The notes below the pieces were generated by a model. The model worked only from the letters and a program-made list of their open reading frames with translations. It ran no database searches and had not been told where the DNA came from. Below, piece after piece: positions 60,560 through 64,000 of a DNA stretch of 64,000 nucleotides. Numbering within the stretch: the first letter of the stretch is position 1; the number at the start of each line of letters is the position of its first letter. Source of the stretch: Lytechinus pictus (lineage: Eukaryota); contig NC_087249.1 of assembly GCF_037042905.1 (NCBI RefSeq), positions 51,956,001 to 52,020,000 on the forward strand, read 5' to 3'. Position numbers and translations under genes: made by a program.

Positions 60560-60968
60560 CCAATTCCGACTGGACTAACTCGTGTCAAGACAACGAACGA
60601 AGAGCTAGATAATTGGGCGTCCGTCTGTCCTGGAGACGGAGTCTGGACCTGTGGCTGTGCGAGGACCGAGGGCGAGGGCCGAGGCAGCTGCATATCTGCA
60701 GACAGTGTTCACCATCGAGAGTTTTCGAGACCATAAAGTTTGCTCGAAGCCCCTATCTGAGCTGACCTGGGCTGCCGGATTGGCAGCACTGTTCCTGCCG
60801 TCTCTACCCCGCGGCTTGTCCGATCGACGTGCTCCGGCACCCGAACTGCATCTCGGGGGACGTTTTCTGCTCTGTGCACTTTTCTCATCTCAGACTCAGC
60901 TCAGCGGATGTTTTTGAGATTACGAAAAAGAAAGGCACTAACTAAGAAAATCAACGATAACTTCGACG
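60560..60968 (+). other. Probable alternative non-coding 5' exon of FBXO8 (start approximate)
   Basis: CpG/GC-rich block ending in ACG|GTAAGT at 60969. Confidence 0.5.
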
Positions 60969-61256
60969 GTAAGTGTAGATGTTTTACCATGTTTACATTC
61001 TGAAATATGACTTTTTTTCAAGTCATGACATATACCACATCTACTGGAAAATACAGTTGTTCCTGCAGTCAAGTTTCCAGGGATCGATTGGATGGATTGA
61101 ATTGAAATAAATTAAAAGACTCTTATCTTTTCTTGTAACTCAGCAAGATGAATAAAAATCTATCGCAATAGTATCATGAAAATTCTCTTATCTCGACTAT
61201 AGTATTAAATGATGCCCAATGTTTGATCATCAACTGAATCATTAAAATTTTATTAA

Positions 61257-61727
61257 CCCAGGGAGCTCCCGCCCGCTGTGCGGGCGGGAGCCCAGGGGCT
61301 TACCGTGTATTTGACCATACTCACGGGACAAGGGTGATTTATGGTCTAAATATTTCTCCAAATGAATTGTGAAAACAGAAATTATGCACTTACCACGATT
61401 ATATGGATGAAGGTCTAACGAGTGGCAGTTTCCTGACATCTGGGCACAGACTGGAACCTCAAAAAACGAAAAGTTCTCTCCTTCTACCCCCGTCTCGATC
61501 GGCCATTTTTGTTATGAATCGTAACAAAATGGCCGATCGAGACTGTGGTAAAAGGAGAGAACTTTTCGTTTTTTTGAGGTTTTGTGGTAAGTGCATAATT
61601 TCTGTTTTCACAATTCATTTGGAGAAATATTTAGACCATAAATCACCCTTGTCCCGGCCGTGAGTATGGTCAAATACACGGTAAGCCCCTGGGCTCCCGC
61701 CCGCACAGCGGGCGGGAGCTCCCTGGG
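61257..61727. mobile_element. piggyBac-like MITE with about 140-bp TIRs and an internal hairpin
   Basis: TTAA|CCC...GGG|TTAA; arms 61257-61396 and 61584-61727 nearly identical; second hairpin at 61455-61581. Confidence 0.88.
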
Positions 61728-63040
61728 TTAAAATTTTATATGCTTTTTTAATTTTGGGGCCTTAGGCTTATAGCCAGGCCTAGCCTGGAGACTTCTAACT
61801 TAGAGAGTAAAAATCATTTACTAACGTATGCTTACTCTCAACGAAGCCTGGAATTGCTTCCCATACATCTGCATGTACCGGCCAGAAACCCGAAACTTTC
61901 GCCCCCGAGATTTCTACTTCTAAAAGATCTAGCCCTAAGTCACGTACATGGGATAAAACTTCATTTTTCGACACTTCTACGCTATCGATTTTATTTTTAA
62001 ACAAGAATTCATCGAAAAAATGAGAAAAATATTATGAAAAGACGGAAGAGACTTGCCTGATGTTTACGCCGCCATCTTGTTTCCTATTGTTCTTCGCCAA
62101 CCTTACGCGACGCACGCGTCCTGAATTATTCAACGCTCTATTACTTGCTGCTGATCTCCGAAACCTGGAGGAAGGAAATACTACAAGTACAAGCTTGTGT
62201 GCTACTGTGCTAATACTTAAGTACATGTGGCTGTTCTCCCAGTCATATTTTCTTTGAAAAGATCTTTAAATTGCTAAAAAGTCTGCCAATCCATCTCTGT
62301 AAAGTCTTTGGAATGTCTCCTTTTCTAAAAACCAGACATTCTTGCGGGATCCAGCAAGAAATTATTGTTGACAAATAAATATCACATGCAATATGAAGTT
62401 ATATTTCCCCCTACTTGTAAATTTCATGGTATTTTCCAAAGAAGTTAACAGTTTAACACACAAAAAAAAAGATAAGAGAATTTTCAAAATACCTTCCATC
62501 TCAACATGTTTCAGCTATGCATGATTTTTCTTGCATAAAAATTCAAAAGATTATACTTAATAGCAATAAAATTCCAGAGTTCCACAACCACTCAGATGTG
62601 ATAGACCCTAGTTAAACCTGTCGGATTAAAAGAAAAAAATTAGTAGTGTTTTTTTTTAATTTGACCAAGTGCTGATCAACCCCAATTTTCTTAATAATTT
62701 ATATATATATGCAAATGGTTACTCATTGTCCTTGTTGCAAAAGACAATTGTGTCGGTACATGTACATCCTGTAATCTCCATATGAAATAGATTGAGGAAC
62801 TCTAAGTCTACAGAAAAAAGACAGACCTGCACTTTGTGTAATTTATTGATTTGGCCTATATTATTTTGATTGACTAGAATAAGCATTTTTGGACTTGTAC
62901 TTATACAAGGCCACGGGAGACTTAAATGGTGTATTCGTTCCTTGACAGCTCCTTGAGGAGAAACTTCAGAGTACAGCAACTTTATGACAGGCTGCCCAGT
63001 TGCTCTGTAAAGAGGTGTCTAAGACAAAGCATAGAAAAGC

Positions 63041-63291
63041 ATGGGGCAAGCAGTGAGGAGGATTCGTCGGGAGTCGAGTCTGACGTCATGGAACATGGTC
63101 AGGGGAAGGAGTGGCTTGAGAAGGTTTCCCAGCTTCTTGGACCCCCATCAGAAGTTTCCGGACATCGTCAGCCTTCCTCCGGAGATTGCGCTGATGGTGC
63201 TGTCAAACCTGAATGCCACGGACCTCTGCCTTGCGATGACAGTCAACGACTTCTGGAGGGAACTTGCCAGTGATGAAATGCTGTGGCAAGG
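63041..63291 (+). CDS. FBXO8: F-box only protein 8, first coding exon (gene continues beyond the window)
   Basis: MGQ start and F-box LPPEIALMVLSNLNATDLCLA....WRELASDEMLWQG, matching recalled FBXO8 LPPEL...LSYLNATDLCLA..WQDLANDELLWQG. Acceptor at 62947-62948, donor GTAGGT at 63292. Confidence 0.92.
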
Positions 63292-63835
63292 GTAGGTTCC
63301 AATTCCAAGTTGAAGATGAAACTTGCAAATTCACATTATACAGTGCGTATCAAAAAAAATTTACACTTTGAAAAAGCCCTGGGAATTAAAAAATATACAA
63401 CATGTGGGTAATTTTTTCACATATAATCTTGGGTCTGGGTCTCATCTATCTAATGAAAGTAAAAGTTTTGACAGAATGTTACACTCGAGTGAGCACTGTC
63501 CATTTTTGTAAAGCTCACAGAAATCTGTTTGCTCAAAAATGCTTGTTTTCACGCTGTGTAAAGGGGAAAGGGCGAAATCAAACTTACCCTGCAAAACATT
63601 TCTCATACATTTCCCTTGCACTTTTAGTCAATTGAAATAAAAAAAAAACATTCAAGCATTTTGTAACAATTTTGCCACCCAAATTGAAGTTTCAACACTT
63701 AGTAAGCACAACCTTTACCCTTTTTTGTGCCAGCTGGATCTGAGGACATAACTTAATCTGAACAAAAGTTTGTATCAGACATCTCCAGCATTTTTTTCAC
63801 TAAGTTTGTATCATTTAAAGTGGGTTTACATTTTA

Positions 63836-64000
63836 TTTTTGTCTCGCCTGCATAGCAGAGCGAGACTATAGGCGCCGCTTTTCCGACGGCGGCGTCGGCG
63901 TCAACATCAAATCTTAACCTAAGGTTAAGTTTTTGAAATGACATCATAACTTAGAAAGTATATGGACCTAGTTCATGAAACTTGGACATAAGGTTAATCA
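63836..64000 (+). mobile_element. 5' part of the same Helentron-type family, inserted in a Tc1-like MITE starting at 63341
   Basis: TTTTT|GTCTCGCCTGCATAGCAGAGCGAGACTATAGG is the reverse complement of 43940-43975; TA|CAGTGCGTAT at 63339-63350. Confidence 0.75.

Overview
This is AT-rich, intron-rich eukaryotic DNA from an invertebrate animal. The SINE/MITE repertoire and the protein similarities point to a sea urchin or other echinoderm (inference). The ORF track is mostly noise, so genes were rebuilt by hand from GT-AG splice sites and frame continuity; family names come from recalled sequences, not a database search. Five protein-coding genes are supported. (1) An uncharacterised Pro-rich/acidic, probably nuclear protein on the minus strand (10396-10333 joined to 1951-<1). 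(2) The last ten coding exons of CWF19L2 on the plus strand (14276-28888); its N-terminal exons are absent, which suggests gene 1 is nested in one of its introns. (3) CEP44 on the minus strand (56404-32476), whose 17-kb intron hosts (4) a complete antisense BEND5-like BEN-domain gene (41010-50569, about 530 aa). (5) The first coding exon of FBXO8 (63041-63291), head-to-head with CEP44 as in vertebrates. Introns are packed with nested mobile DNA: a 1.86-kb foldback element with a 9-bp TSD, a decayed L1/Tx1 LINE, tRNA-derived SINEs, Helentron-type, Kolobok-, Harbinger-, Tc1-, piggyBac- and Crypton-like non-autonomous elements, and a 39-bp minisatellite. The most notable signals are the two nested antisense regulators, MITEs carrying a fixed-spacing RFX X-box + CCAAT module, a minimal hammerhead-like motif, and a promoter-dependent overlapping uORF at FBXO8.
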